In this document: piece by piece, positions 40,238-49,979 of the stretch
Numbering within the stretch: position 1 is the stretch's first letter
How the letters are laid out: every line of letters begins with the position of its first letter
Source of the DNA: a virus
Lineage: Duplodnaviria; Caudoviricetes
Strand: one strand, 5' to 3'
IMG/VR virus record: IMGVR_UViG_3300035182_001315
Length of the DNA stretch: 64,000 nucleotides
Translations under genes and position numbers: made by a program
Notes under the pieces: model-generated
Seen by the model: only the letters and a program-made list of their open reading frames with translations
Database searches by the model: none
Told to the model about the DNA's origin: nothing

Positions 40238-40833
40238 AAAAAACCCTGATTGAATTCCCCAGAATCGGTATCAATTACCCAATCAGGTTCCAGCCAATCC
40301 AAGATATCCCTGTGACATGTGGCCACAACTACATTGTTTATCTCATTGCTCTTAAGGTATCTCGAAAGGGACACGGATGCAGCCCTTGCAACATTCCTAT
40401 CCACCACGCTGGTAAACTCATCAATAATGCTACCTGACTTAAGCTTTCTGGCAAGGTCAGCCCTGAACTTTTCACCGTTGGAAAGGATGTCATAAGGCTT
40501 GTACCATGAGGGAATGCTGTTTAACCCAACCGCACCCATCTTATTGATGGCTTCATCGGGGTCATTGAAATGAGAAAGTATGGATTTTGTGTTATCCCAA
40601 ACTGGGGTATCTTCGGTACCAAACTGGTTAAGCAGTGTTGATTTGCCGGAGCCGGATGAGCCAACAATAACGCCGAGTCTGAATGTTTGAGGAATGGTTG
40701 CCGGTACCTGCCATGGCAAGAAGGTTGATGTGCCGTTGAATGCGCAATCAAAAGCCTTTTCACTGGCTAATATAAACTTATCTTTGGTAACTTGAGCGAC
40801 CAGTGGCTGGTCAGACCTGAGCAATTTTTCCAT
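40156..40833 (-). CDS. ABC-type ATPase (soluble, no membrane partner)
   Basis: GSSGSGKS (Walker A), LSNGE (signature), IIDEFTSVVDR (Walker B/D-loop), ATCH (H-loop). Confidence 0.88.
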   Translation of the reverse strand: MEKLLRSDQPLVAQVTKDKFILASEKAFDCAFNGTSTFLPWQVPATIPQTFRLGVIVGSSGSGKSTLLNQFGTEDTPVWDNTKSILSHFNDPDEAINKMGAVGLNSIPSWYKPYDILSNGEKFRADLARKLKSGSIIDEFTSVVDRNVARAASVSLSRYLKSNEINNVVVATCHRDILDWLEPDWVIDTDSGEFNQGFFLSAQKSGLKYTERAIIYGPCLRTIII

Positions 40834-40940
40834 CCCTGAGAATATACGGATGGTTGGGAAGATGTCAAGAGATTCATAAAATAGAATAGCTTGTGGATTT
40901 TAACACCCACAAGCTGTACTATTTATTTGTTGTTTTTAAC

Positions 40941-41144
40941 TTATTTCTTGCCTTCAGTAAGCTTGTTTAGCTTCTCTTCCAAGTTGTTCAACTTTGTTTC
41001 CAAAATTGCGTTCTTGTCACCCTTAGCAGCTTGTTCAGCTAACCATTCTTTCTTCTTAACGCTAACCGCTTCTGTAACAATTCCATCGATTAAATCTACC
41101 AAAGCAGATTCTGTAATTCTAACGGTTGTTTTTATTTTTGACAT
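40941..41144 (-). CDS. small protein with VRITES leader (candidate internal head protein)
   Basis: MSKIKTTVRITESALVDLIDGIVTEA; ATATTTAT upstream; track ORF 40941..41423 over-extended. Confidence 0.6.
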   Translation of the reverse strand: MSKIKTTVRITESALVDLIDGIVTEAVSVKKKEWLAEQAAKGDKNAILETKLNNLEEKLNKLTEGKK

Positions 41145-41223
41145 AATAATGTGTTTTAGGGATTCTTTATCTCTTAATAAATATGTTTCGTTTCCAAAAA
41201 AGATAAAAAAACCTAAAAAATTA

Positions 41224-41748
41224 TTAATGTGCATATTTATCCCCGGCGTAGGATGCTGCCCACGCTTCTGGCTTGATTTTGAAGTCGTAACCCATACCCA
41301 GAATGTAACCAATAGCAGAGCTAAGGGCCTTGTGAGACTCCCATCTTGGGTCAGGGTTAATGTCGGCGTGAATTTCAAGCTTGATACCCCACTTGTCCAA
41401 AAGAGGTGCGATTTCGTAGGCAACCTCGATAGACTTGCTAACTTCGGTCATCATACGTTCGTTTACACCTTCCTTGTTCATTTTGTGAACATTCATCTTG
41501 AAGCTTCTTTCGATACACTTTCCACCCAATCCCTTTGTTACACCACCGCCAAGGTCTTCCCTTACGTTGATAAGGATTACAGTCGCAAACTTATAGCCAC
41601 GACCTTCCCTCTGAGAGTCAGTACCAACTGAAACCAGCATGATGTGTCCTTTAGCTCTTTCTTCCTGAATCAGGTTTTCAAGATATTCCAAGATTGGAAG
41701 TTCAATTAACCGACCTGCTCTGTACCATGTGTTTGTCTTCTGTGCCAT
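41224..41748 (-). CDS. RNase H-like protein (YkuK family)
   Basis: VSVGTDSQ, FATVI, E...S...A..I, EIHADIN, KP.AWAAS..GD. Confidence 0.75.
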   Translation of the reverse strand: MAQKTNTWYRAGRLIELPILEYLENLIQEERAKGHIMLVSVGTDSQREGRGYKFATVILINVREDLGGGVTKGLGGKCIERSFKMNVHKMNKEGVNERMMTEVSKSIEVAYEIAPLLDKWGIKLEIHADINPDPRWESHKALSSAIGYILGMGYDFKIKPEAWAASYAGDKYAH

Positions 41749-41815
41749 AAAAATTTTTTTTATCTGTTAAATAAAAAAGTCCCCAGCTAATGAGGACTTA
41801 TTATCTTATAAGGTG

Positions 41816-43234
41816 TTATATCTTTGTTTGTGGTAATAACTCCTTTAATTTCTGATAATTGGCAGTCCCTATTTCATCTTCCTTTACAACGATACGGAAT
41901 AATGAACCGCCGTTGCTCTTATCCAAATATTTAATTTCCTCAGGAATATGCTTTAACCTGTTGCCAAGAAGGTTGAGTAAGTCAACGTTCTTCAGGTTGC
42001 CAATTTCCTTTGGAAGTGATGTTAGGTTGTTCCCCGGCAAAGACAGCATTTCAAGTGTTGTCAGATTACCAACCGATGGATGCAATTCACAAAGCTTCGC
42101 ATTCGAAATGATAAGCTGTTCGATGTTCTTAAACTTTGAGATATCAGGAAGTCTTGGAATTTCTCTGGTGGTGATTTTGATTGATGGAGAATTTGCATCC
42201 AGCAATTCAAAAAGACTCTCAGCAAAACCAAACTTTATCAGATAGTCCAAATATTTGTTCTTATCGATACCAGTTTTGTTGGCCTTCGCCATCGCCATTA
42301 ATTCTTCATAGAAAAAATTGGTAAGCCCTTCGCTTTGCCTTAAAACTTTTTCATAGATGCTTACGTTCCCTGAGTTGCTTCTGTCCTTTAACTGGTCAGT
42401 CTCAAAGTGAATCTGATAAAGCTCTTGGGATTCTCCCGTGAAAAACTTATTGTTGATAATGATATACAAATTTGATGTTGGCCCCAGCGGTGTTTTATAC
42501 GAAGTGTAATTCGTAAACATACCGTTGTTTTTTCTCGCCGTACACCAGTTCGCAAAACCATCAAATACTTCACTCGCATCTGTTGACTTCGGAATATAAA
42601 GTGTAAACTTTCTATCCTTAACAGGAATGATAGCCTGCCCTATATCAACAAATCTTGTTATCTTCCTTTCAACTGCGCTTGGTTCCCTCTCAATAAATGG
42701 GTCAACCGCATCAAACAATTGAGATAAGGATTTATACTGGTTTATATCCGTAGGGTCTTTGATATCTTTTACAATATATGAACCCTTGCATAATTCCTTG
42801 AATCTTTGTTTTCTTTTATTACCTTCAAACAGAGTGATATACGCACTCGCCTGTGGCAAATCCTCAACCGCAAATCTCAACGCCATATCCAAAGCAGTAC
42901 CACCTTTCCAGATATATCTTGTGAATGTATTAAGCATCCACTGTACATACGACTTGTTCGGTGTTGGGTCGGCAGCAATCATCGCAGTAAAGGTTTTCAG
43001 CTCGATGCTGATTTTCTTTATCTGCCTGTCCTTAACCTCAGAAGTACTCTTGGTCCATGTTAGGGCAAGCGGTGATTCTTCGGTTCCAATTAACTTAACC
43101 TTATAACCATCAGCCTCTAACGCTGAGATTTTTTCATCAGTTGCTTTGGTTTTTCCCTTTTCGGATATGCCTTCGAAAACATCGAACTTCTCCGCTAAAA
43201 ACGAAATTCTATCTTTGGTTTTTTGCTCTGTCAT
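41816..43234 (-). CDS. protein with a central WCT..YxxHF domain and C-terminal leucine-rich repeats
   Basis: LCELHPSVGNLTTLEMLSLPGNNLTSLPKEIGNLKNVDLLNLLGNRLKHIPEEI matches LxxLPxxIGxLxxLxxLxLxxN. Confidence 0.8.
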   Translation of the reverse strand: MTEQKTKDRISFLAEKFDVFEGISEKGKTKATDEKISALEADGYKVKLIGTEESPLALTWTKSTSEVKDRQIKKISIELKTFTAMIAADPTPNKSYVQWMLNTFTRYIWKGGTALDMALRFAVEDLPQASAYITLFEGNKRKQRFKELCKGSYIVKDIKDPTDINQYKSLSQLFDAVDPFIEREPSAVERKITRFVDIGQAIIPVKDRKFTLYIPKSTDASEVFDGFANWCTARKNNGMFTNYTSYKTPLGPTSNLYIIINNKFFTGESQELYQIHFETDQLKDRSNSGNVSIYEKVLRQSEGLTNFFYEELMAMAKANKTGIDKNKYLDYLIKFGFAESLFELLDANSPSIKITTREIPRLPDISKFKNIEQLIISNAKLCELHPSVGNLTTLEMLSLPGNNLTSLPKEIGNLKNVDLLNLLGNRLKHIPEEIKYLDKSNGGSLFRIVVKEDEIGTANYQKLKELLPQTKI

Positions 43235-43292
43235 AGTTTTTCTTTGAAATACCCACGAAGATACTCATTATTCTGATGCAGGGCAAGTTTCT

Positions 43293-43634
43293 TTAGAAAA
43301 ATCTTTTATAGAAATCTTCCTCGGCATATTCCTCAATCCTTTTCTTCAGAAAAGACACAAAGGCGTTAAGTTCGTCTGGGTTATATCTTGAGAGGATATC
43401 CAACAAAACCTCGTTGGCATTTTCCTCGTCAGTAACTCTATATTTTATTTCCTGAAAGTAAATGCCGTCATCCAGTTTGAAGAGTTCACTTATCATCAAG
43501 TTATATACTTCCCATCTCGCCTCGTTCTCTTCGTCACAGTTCTGAATGATGCTGTTGATTAGCTGACTGTATTCTTTATCAAGCTTGGTGTTCTTTCCTT
43601 TTCCTTTTTTAACAATGAAATCATAACGTTCCAT
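43293..43634 (-). CDS. hypothetical protein
   Basis: MERYDF..., ATATTTAT upstream. Confidence 0.55.
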   Translation of the reverse strand: MERYDFIVKKGKGKNTKLDKEYSQLINSIIQNCDEENEARWEVYNLMISELFKLDDGIYFQEIKYRVTDEENANEVLLDILSRYNPDELNAFVSFLKKRIEEYAEEDFYKRFF

Positions 43635-43713
43635 AAAATGAATATTGTGGTAAATGTTATATACCATAAATATCATTCAGTTTTTGAATATCGGCCCCAT
43701 GAGAGGGAAATAA

Positions 43714-44034
43714 TTAAAAATTCTTTATCTTATGATAAAGTCTTTCGAGTTCAGGGGATACGCTTTTAATAGGTTGGATTACCTCTATGCAGACACGGTT
43801 TGGGTCCGTATTCTCAGTGAGTTTATATTGAAGTTCTTTTACTCTAAGATGGTCTTTAATCGAATGTTTTAATTCCAGTATAACCTGATTGTACGTTGCC
43901 CAAGCTTTCTTGTCTCTCTGATTACCGTTCGCAAGATTGGTCGTTACCTTATTCTCGTACTGTTCTTCCAAGAATGTTTCAAAACTACCATACTGTTCTC
44001 TTAGCACACTTTTTATCTTGCTGCGGATATCCAT
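43714..44034 (-). CDS. hypothetical protein with IKSVLRE leader
   Basis: MDIRSKIKSVLREQY; shares RVKELQYKLTE/E..N.N..L similarity with the adjacent 43293 ORF (EIKYRVTDEENANEVL). Confidence 0.6.
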   Translation of the reverse strand: MDIRSKIKSVLREQYGSFETFLEEQYENKVTTNLANGNQRDKKAWATYNQVILELKHSIKDHLRVKELQYKLTENTDPNRVCIEVIQPIKSVSPELERLYHKIKNF

Positions 44035-44039
44035 ACCGT

Positions 44040-44378
44040 TTAATTTAACGCCACGTTCTTCGAGAGTCTGTTGTCCTTTATATTACCGAACATCCAATCC
44101 TTTATGACCTGTTGGGTAAACGCATCTCCAAGCTTATACTTTTTCTTAAAATACTCATACAGGTCCTTCGGTGTAATCGTGGATTCGTCAGCCTTTATCA
44201 TAACCATAGGCTCTTCATGATACTCACCACCCTCACGCATGATGCCAAGCATCGGCTCGTAGTTTGTATCCAAATCCTTAACAAGCCTCTCAACCAACGA
44301 CTCATGAGCATTAACCTCATTAAGACGCTTCTGAAGCTCCTTAAGCTGACTTTCCTTTATAATTAACTTAGTTCCCAT
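44040..44378 (-). CDS. hypothetical protein with KLIIKESQL leader
   Basis: MGTKLIIKESQLKELQKRLNE; ATATTTAT 5 nt upstream. Confidence 0.6.
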   Translation of the reverse strand: MGTKLIIKESQLKELQKRLNEVNAHESLVERLVKDLDTNYEPMLGIMREGGEYHEEPMVMIKADESTITPKDLYEYFKKKYKLGDAFTQQVIKDWMFGNIKDNRLSKNVALN

Positions 44379-44432
44379 ATACCATAAATATCACTTTAAA
44401 ACAAAAAAGGACCGCTATGCGGCCCTAATTTT

Positions 44433-44747
44433 TTAGTTCTTTAATTTGTCTACCATCTGCTGTAGAAGGTTCTTGGTTTGAACGCCCTTAAGCTTTTCAA
44501 CCACCTCACCACCCTTAAAGAATAAAATCGCCGGAATACCGCTTATACCATACTTTGAAGTAGACACAGAATTCATGTCTACGTTCAACTTCCCAACCTT
44601 TACGTCTGGGTTATTCTTAGCCAATTCTTCGATAACTGGGCCAAGAACTCGACAAGGGCCACACCACGGTGCCCAAAAGTCTACTACTACCAAGTCGCTG
44701 CCACCCAAAAGCTCAGGGAGATTCTGGTCTGTAATTTCTAATGCCAT
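44433..44747 (-). CDS. trxA: thioredoxin
   Basis: VVDFWAPWCGPC, GIPAILFFKGG. Confidence 0.95.
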   Translation of the reverse strand: MALEITDQNLPELLGGSDLVVVDFWAPWCGPCRVLGPVIEELAKNNPDVKVGKLNVDMNSVSTSKYGISGIPAILFFKGGEVVEKLKGVQTKNLLQQMVDKLKN

Positions 44748-44790
44748 CTTTTTTGTTTTAATTTAATCGCTTGTTATATAAAATAAATAC

Positions 44791-45108
44791 TCAGATAACT
44801 GAGTTTCGAAAATATATCTTCATCAACCGAACCGTCTCTTCAAACAATAACCACTTCTCATTTATAAAGAAATCATAAATGTACTCCATCGCCTCACTAA
44901 AACTCAAACCGTAAACCTGACTTAAGTAGTTCTGTACCTTGATGATAGGTCTCGTTTCCGCCAAGGTCAACTGCTTCAACCGGATTGATGTTTTAATATT
45001 CAAACAAAATCCTCTGTAACTCATGTGTTTAGGCATCTTTGCACACTCAAATGCCATCAGCGAACGTTCGCAAATATCATAATAAATAAAACTTTGAATG
45101 TTGCTCAT
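44791..45108 (-). CDS. hypothetical protein
   Basis: 105-aa ORF. Confidence 0.5.
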   Translation of the reverse strand: MSNIQSFIYYDICERSLMAFECAKMPKHMSYRGFCLNIKTSIRLKQLTLAETRPIIKVQNYLSQVYGLSFSEAMEYIYDFFINEKWLLFEETVRLMKIYFRNSVI

Positions 45109-45140
45109 TTTGCTAAAAAATAAGAATATTTATAAATACC

Positions 45141-45416
45141 ATGGAAACACTACAGGAAAAAAAACTGATGGAAAAGTTTTTAAAGCTTAACTACCCAATT
45201 TACCGATTGAAGCACCAAATGCGCTTCAAACGTACCATCATTTTCGATACCGGCGAATCCTTCTTGCTTAGTGATAAACAACAAGTGAACGCCCTTTATG
45301 TAAGACTATTCGACCTGATTAGTCTGGTTTTTTGCTCTGACCGTCAATTAATCCGCACCGTACTAAGAGATTTTTTAAACCTGCGAGAGTCTTCAAATAC
45401 CAATATTTTATCTTAG
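45141..45416 (+). CDS. hypothetical protein
   Basis: 91-aa ORF, ATATTTAT 7 nt upstream. Confidence 0.55.
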   Translation: METLQEKKLMEKFLKLNYPIYRLKHQMRFKRTIIFDTGESFLLSDKQQVNALYVRLFDLISLVFCSDRQLIRTVLRDFLNLRESSNTNILS

Positions 45417-45602
45417 TCCAGAACGCCACTATCACCGGCGTAATCCCTAACATCATAAAGATGTTCCCATGTGCCTCACCACATAGGCCAAAGATATGTC
45501 TTAAAAACTCAATCATGTAAAAAAAAATTTGCAACAAAGATACAATATCCAAACCAAACTGCAAGTGTTTGACTAAAATTTTATTTTCATTATATTACCC
45601 AC

Positions 45603-46124
45603 ATGCCTAAGATTAAACTCACCGTAGAACTAATTCCAAAAACCTGTCACTACTCTAACGTCAGAACCACAGTAAAGCCCTCAGAATGGAATAAGATTCG
45701 TTTCTTGGCCTACGCCGCAGCTGGAAATAAATGCCAAATTTGCGCCCAGAATGGCCTTGACCAAGGTTATAAACATAGAGTAGAATGCCATGAAATCTGG
45801 AGCTACGATGAAGTTAATAAGATTCAAGTACTAACCGGCCTCATCGCCCTTTGCCCAAATTGTCATTTAACCAAACATTTTGGACGAGCAAGTGCGATTA
45901 ACAAACAAGCTGTCGTTTTTAATCAGCTTGAAATAGTTAATGATTGGGACCACAAAGATTGCTTAAATCATATTGTGGAATCATTTGAACTTTACAAAGA
46001 ACGGTCTAAGCATAGGTGGAAATTAGATTTATCACTTCTAACCCAACCGCCATACAATTTGAAAATAAAATTACCAAGTACTCGTAAATTTAAAAAACCA
46101 AAATTTAAACGCAAGAAGCGTTAA
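45603..46124 (+). CDS. HNH-fold nuclease-like protein
   Basis: CQIC, ECHEIW, LIALCPNCHLTKH. Confidence 0.7.
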   Translation: MPKIKLTVELIPKTCHYSNVRTTVKPSEWNKIRFLAYAAAGNKCQICAQNGLDQGYKHRVECHEIWSYDEVNKIQVLTGLIALCPNCHLTKHFGRASAINKQAVVFNQLEIVNDWDHKDCLNHIVESFELYKERSKHRWKLDLSLLTQPPYNLKIKLPSTRKFKKPKFKRKKR

Positions 46125-46380
46125 AGATTTGTTGGAATATATTCTCTATTTAAAGTCCCATCATTATTTAATTTACTATGAATAATATTATGACAACAAG
46201 CACATAATACAGTGCATTTATTTAATTCAGGAAGCAAGTTCTCCCAAGATTTTTTTCGGGCTATATTCCAATTAAATTCTTTTTCACTTGGATTTATATG
46301 ATGAAAATCAAATGATGAGTAATGTCCTGTGTAATTACATCGTGTACATTTTCCGCCCAAATAATCAATTGCTCTTTGTT
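46121..46380 (-). pseudogene. HNH endonuclease, apparently 5'-truncated
   Basis: AIDYLGGKCTRC......FDFHHINPSEKEF...ELNKC.VLCACCH..IH; no convincing start. Confidence 0.65.
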
Positions 46381-46563
46381 GAACATGTTGCGGCCAGCTT
46401 TGAACAATATAAAGAAAGGTCAAAACACCAATGGAGCCTTGACCTTTCCCTGTTATGTGAAGAACCTTATAATCTTGAAATTGATGCTTCCCTTAAACGT
46501 AAGTTCAAAAGGAAAACCTTTAAGAAGAAACGGAAGCGAGCGAAGAAAAAGAGTTCTTCCTAA
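46375..46563 (+). pseudogene. orphan diverged copy of the 3' end of 45603..46124
   Basis: HVAASFEQYKERSKHQWSLDLSLLCEEPYNL versus HIVESFELYKERSKHRWKLDLSLLTQPPYNL. Confidence 0.8.
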
Positions 46564-46763
46564 ACTCAGCATTCAACTCACGACCACAAACAAATAATGC
46601 TGCTTTCTTGTACTCAGGAAATTTCGGGTCATCCAACTCATGCTCATCGACCTCTTCAAAATAAGCTGGCTCATGCATATCACGAGTTCCATCATTATAA
46701 TAGAACGCTGGCTTTAAGGCATATTCACCGGCCCGTCAATAACAAAGTATTTTAGAAAGTATC

Positions 46764-47036
46764 TCATAATGGTTGTAGTTTGCCGCCAGCATCAAGTACG
46801 GCTTTGTCTTCATCAGTTAGAACTCTGGAGATGTAAGAAACAGTTGTAGCAATATCTTCATCAACCTCCAAACCAGTCTTGCGGTCGAAGGTCCAGCCAC
46901 AGTCAATGATGTCCTCATCAACCTTCTGAACAATGAGATATACAGGAATGCAAAATCCCAGCATACGCTCAATAACATCACCTTCCTTTATCGCCAGAAG
47001 GACTTCGGCACTCAGTGGTTTATATTGCTGTTTCAT
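46764..47036 (-). CDS. hypothetical protein
   Basis: 90-aa ORF. Confidence 0.55.
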   Translation of the reverse strand: MKQQYKPLSAEVLLAIKEGDVIERMLGFCIPVYLIVQKVDEDIIDCGWTFDRKTGLEVDEDIATTVSYISRVLTDEDKAVLDAGGKLQPL

Positions 47037-47043
47037 ATTAATC

Positions 47044-47409
47044 TTATAATGATACTTCTTGTTTTAATATCTCACATAATACACTTTCCAGCTCATACTT
47101 CACCTTCATATCCATATTCGTAACCAGCATGTGAGTTCGAAGAGAATTAAGGCTTATCATCGGGCCATTGCCGCCCGTTTCAGCCTTCTTCTTGATGGTA
47201 ACAGAACCAACCTTTGGTACCTGCACATCATCCAATTCTTCCCCACGTAATTGCTTGTAAAGTTGTTCAATTGAAATTGTAAGAATTCCAGACTTCATTC
47301 CCTTCAGCTTGAACTGAATGGTTTGGTCAGCGGTCAGTGTAACCTGTATCTCACGGTCGTCATGCTTAATCGTTGATTCTCGTGAAAGGTCTCCGTTTAA
47401 GATTGTCAT
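47044..47409 (-). CDS. hypothetical protein
   Basis: 121-aa ORF behind TATCTTTG at 47426-47433. Confidence 0.6.
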   Translation of the reverse strand: MTILNGDLSRESTIKHDDREIQVTLTADQTIQFKLKGMKSGILTISIEQLYKQLRGEELDDVQVPKVGSVTIKKKAETGGNGPMISLNSLRTHMLVTNMDMKVKYELESVLCEILKQEVSL

Positions 47410-47459
47410 AATGGTAATGTTTTGACAAAGATAAGGTATTTAAAATTAACTTCCAAATT

Positions 47460-47678
47460 AATATCTGCGAGACACCGATGGCTTTGACCTTTCAAAGAAA
47501 TTCAATGCATTGATTATCAACTCAGCATTGTCCTTTACATAACATGTTCCAATCCGGCTGTCAGTCAGAGTATCAGTAATCAACTCCGATTCCAACATAG
47601 AAAGGTTTATTATTAAAGACATGTTCCCTGAACTCTCTGGTCTAAAAAAACGTAAACATAAAATTTTTCATTTCCCAT
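47460..47678 (-). pseudogene. degraded GIY-YIG-type endonuclease remnant
   Basis: MGNEKFYVYVFLDQR then, in another frame, NKPFYVGIG; broken by frameshifts and stops. Confidence 0.45.
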
Positions 47679-47708
47679 ACATATTTATATGTACAGGAAT
47701 GTAAATGT

Positions 47709-48617
47709 TTAAAAATTTTTTTGGCCCTGATTAACATTGAATGTGAAGATTCCTTCCTTGTTCCACATATCCAACACCTGCAACCTGTCATCATAAACAC
47801 AGATTGGGTTATATGTTCCCTGAACATAATGATGCAATATCTCACGCTTCACAACCGTATCCTTCCTGCCGTCACCAGCCGGTCTCATAAACATCACATC
47901 CGGCTTGAACCCATGAAGCTCACACCACTCCAACGTTACCGCACGACAAACCTCATCCCTGCCGGTAACAAAAATGATTATTCTTCCAAGGCTTCTATGA
48001 AAATCAATATGCTCAACAACAATCCTGTTGATGTCGTCACGGTAAACTTCCATCCAGTCAAACGGCCCACGATTGCCCATATGAGCCAACGTTCCGTCTA
48101 TGTCAAATAGAACAGCCTCAGGCAACTCAGAATCCCAGTCAGGCTGAACAAGCGGAGCCTTCTGCATCTTCACCGGCTGGAAATCAAACGTACCCGTAAG
48201 ATACTTGTAATCCTCAACCATCTTCTTGATGACACCAGCACCCACCTTAGCATCACGTCCATTGTCACGCTCAATTGCCTTGTCAAGGCTGATATCAAAT
48301 ACACGATAATCAATGTCAGCTTGGAACCGGAAGTTCTCAATGATATTATCAATGTACCGCTGCTTCAGATTCGTATTATCAACAATCACATTCAGCTTCT
48401 TCCCCAGACACTCACCAATGACGTTGAATATCATCTTGGTTATCATATCCTCAATCTTGTTCTCACAAAGCTGGGAATTCTTAAGCATCATGCGGAAGTC
48501 ATCACGATTCACACGAACGTAATCAGCATGGTTGCGCACAAACTCCTTGGCCCAAGTAGACTTGCCTGACCCCGGAATGCCAATAAGTATCAATATTTTT
48601 AAGTTGCTCTTTTTCAT
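47709..48617 (-). CDS. pseT: polynucleotide kinase/3'-phosphatase (T4 PNK-like)
   Basis: GIPGSGKSTWA, VNRDD.R, DNTNL kinase; HAD phosphatase LFDIDGT, VYDDR; start MKKSNL at 48617. Confidence 0.92.
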   Translation of the reverse strand: MKKSNLKILILIGIPGSGKSTWAKEFVRNHADYVRVNRDDFRMMLKNSQLCENKIEDMITKMIFNVIGECLGKKLNVIVDNTNLKQRYIDNIIENFRFQADIDYRVFDISLDKAIERDNGRDAKVGAGVIKKMVEDYKYLTGTFDFQPVKMQKAPLVQPDWDSELPEAVLFDIDGTLAHMGNRGPFDWMEVYRDDINRIVVEHIDFHRSLGRIIIFVTGRDEVCRAVTLEWCELHGFKPDVMFMRPAGDGRKDTVVKREILHHYVQGTYNPICVYDDRLQVLDMWNKEGIFTFNVNQGQKNF

Positions 48618-48794
48618 TTCTTTTTCTTTTCTTTTTCTTTTGCCAGAACCAACGTCTGCTTCTCGCCCCGCCAAACATGAGGGATAAATAAACGTACCCA
48701 ATAATCCATAACAGGATTCGAATACCAATCACTAACATAAATAAGAACCCTATGGTTTCCATAACGTTCCAATGCTATTTTATTTCCATATATT

Positions 48795-48992
48795 TTAGTT
48801 TAAATAAAGTTTGAACATTGTGTGCAATAACCTGTCAGCTTCAGGAAACTTGTTCCTCGCCGCCAGCCCCTTCGAATACTCATTCAGGTCTGGGAAGTAA
48901 AGATACGGTAACCATTGATAGTTTTCACTCTTTGTCATAATTAGGATAAAGCTTTTCAGACTCCATGAACGCCTCAAGATAACTTGAACCAA
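48795..48992 (-). CDS. hypothetical protein
   Basis: Short ORF overlapping upstream gene; start uncertain. Confidence 0.3.
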   Translation of the reverse strand: MVQVILRRSWSLKSFILIMTKSENYQWLPYLYFPDLNEYSKGLAARNKFPEADRLLHTMFKLYLN

Positions 48993-49260
48993 TTATCTTG
49001 TACAACGCATCAGGATGATACATCGGAATGCAAACACCATCGTACATGTGATATTCCTCACACAACAAATGATGCTCTTCGCAAACCGTAATTCCATTGG
49101 CCAACACATAACCGCTGTTGGGCATCTCATGTCTATCTTTAATGTGATGAACTTGAAGATTCTCCTTTTTGTCACAAAATACGCACTGATACTTATCTCT
49201 TAAAAGACATGCTTCATTAAAATCTTTCCTCCAAAGTTTATGGAATCGTTTCATACTCAT
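48925..49260 (-). CDS. HNH-like protein
   Basis: RDKYQCVFC....LQVHHI......NGITVC..HH. Confidence 0.65.
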   Translation of the reverse strand: MSMKRFHKLWRKDFNEACLLRDKYQCVFCDKKENLQVHHIKDRHEMPNSGYVLANGITVCEEHHLLCEEYHMYDGVCIPMYHPDALYKIIGSSYLEAFMESEKLYPNYDKE

Positions 49261-49664
49261 AATTTATTTTTATTATATTCTACATGGGGGCAAATCCCAC
49301 CATTAATCGCCCTCCCCAAATTACAATTAAAACATAACACTTGTAAATCGGGTCTTTTATCTTCATTCTTTAATTTTAAATAATATTGATAAGAACTACC
49401 CTTCCTCGAATTATATAAATCCTGTCGTTCGATATTACCATTGTTATTAACATGGTCAATAGTTAAAAAATTATGTTCATCTTCTCCACAACAAGCACAA
49501 CAATTACCGTATTTATCAATTACTATTTTTTTTTTTTATTTTTTGGCGATAATTTTTTTGTTGTGTTTTATTATCGTGATTTTTAACATATTTTTCTTGT
49601 ATTGATTTTTTTTAATTAAACAATCTGAGCAACCAACAGAATTTTTATTTGCTTTCTTATTAGC
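49257..49664 (-). pseudogene. degraded HNH homing endonuclease
   Basis: VIDKYGNCCACCGE...FLTIDHVNNNG, then after a frameshift LQVLCFNCN.G...CPH; an in-frame TAA at 49536. Confidence 0.75.
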
Positions 49665-49979
49665 ATTAAATTCAGTCAACCCAGCATCAACAATCATCCC
49701 AACATACAAGTTGGCATCAACCGCCTTCTGGAATATCTCATCCAACTCAGCCTCAGAATCTACACTCAAACAAATCTTGGTGAATGTCCCATTTAACTAA
49801 CTATCAATTGCATCACCCTTAAGCATTCGCAAATTTAATTCATTGTGTTTATCATCACCACCACCATCCATCAAATTCAAGATAACCTTCATCGAAGCAT
49901 GCGCCCCTTGAGCAATCATCTTGCCCTTCCTCATGTTCAAAGCCTTACGCATCACAATAACCTGTTTGCTTATTTTCAT
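49665..49979 (-). pseudogene. pth2: peptidyl-tRNA hydrolase 2 (PTH2 family), inactivated
   Basis: KQVIVMRK.LNMRKGK..AQGAHAS; TAG at the expected Trp (DS*LNGTFTKIC); truncated after DAGLTEFN. Confidence 0.8.
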
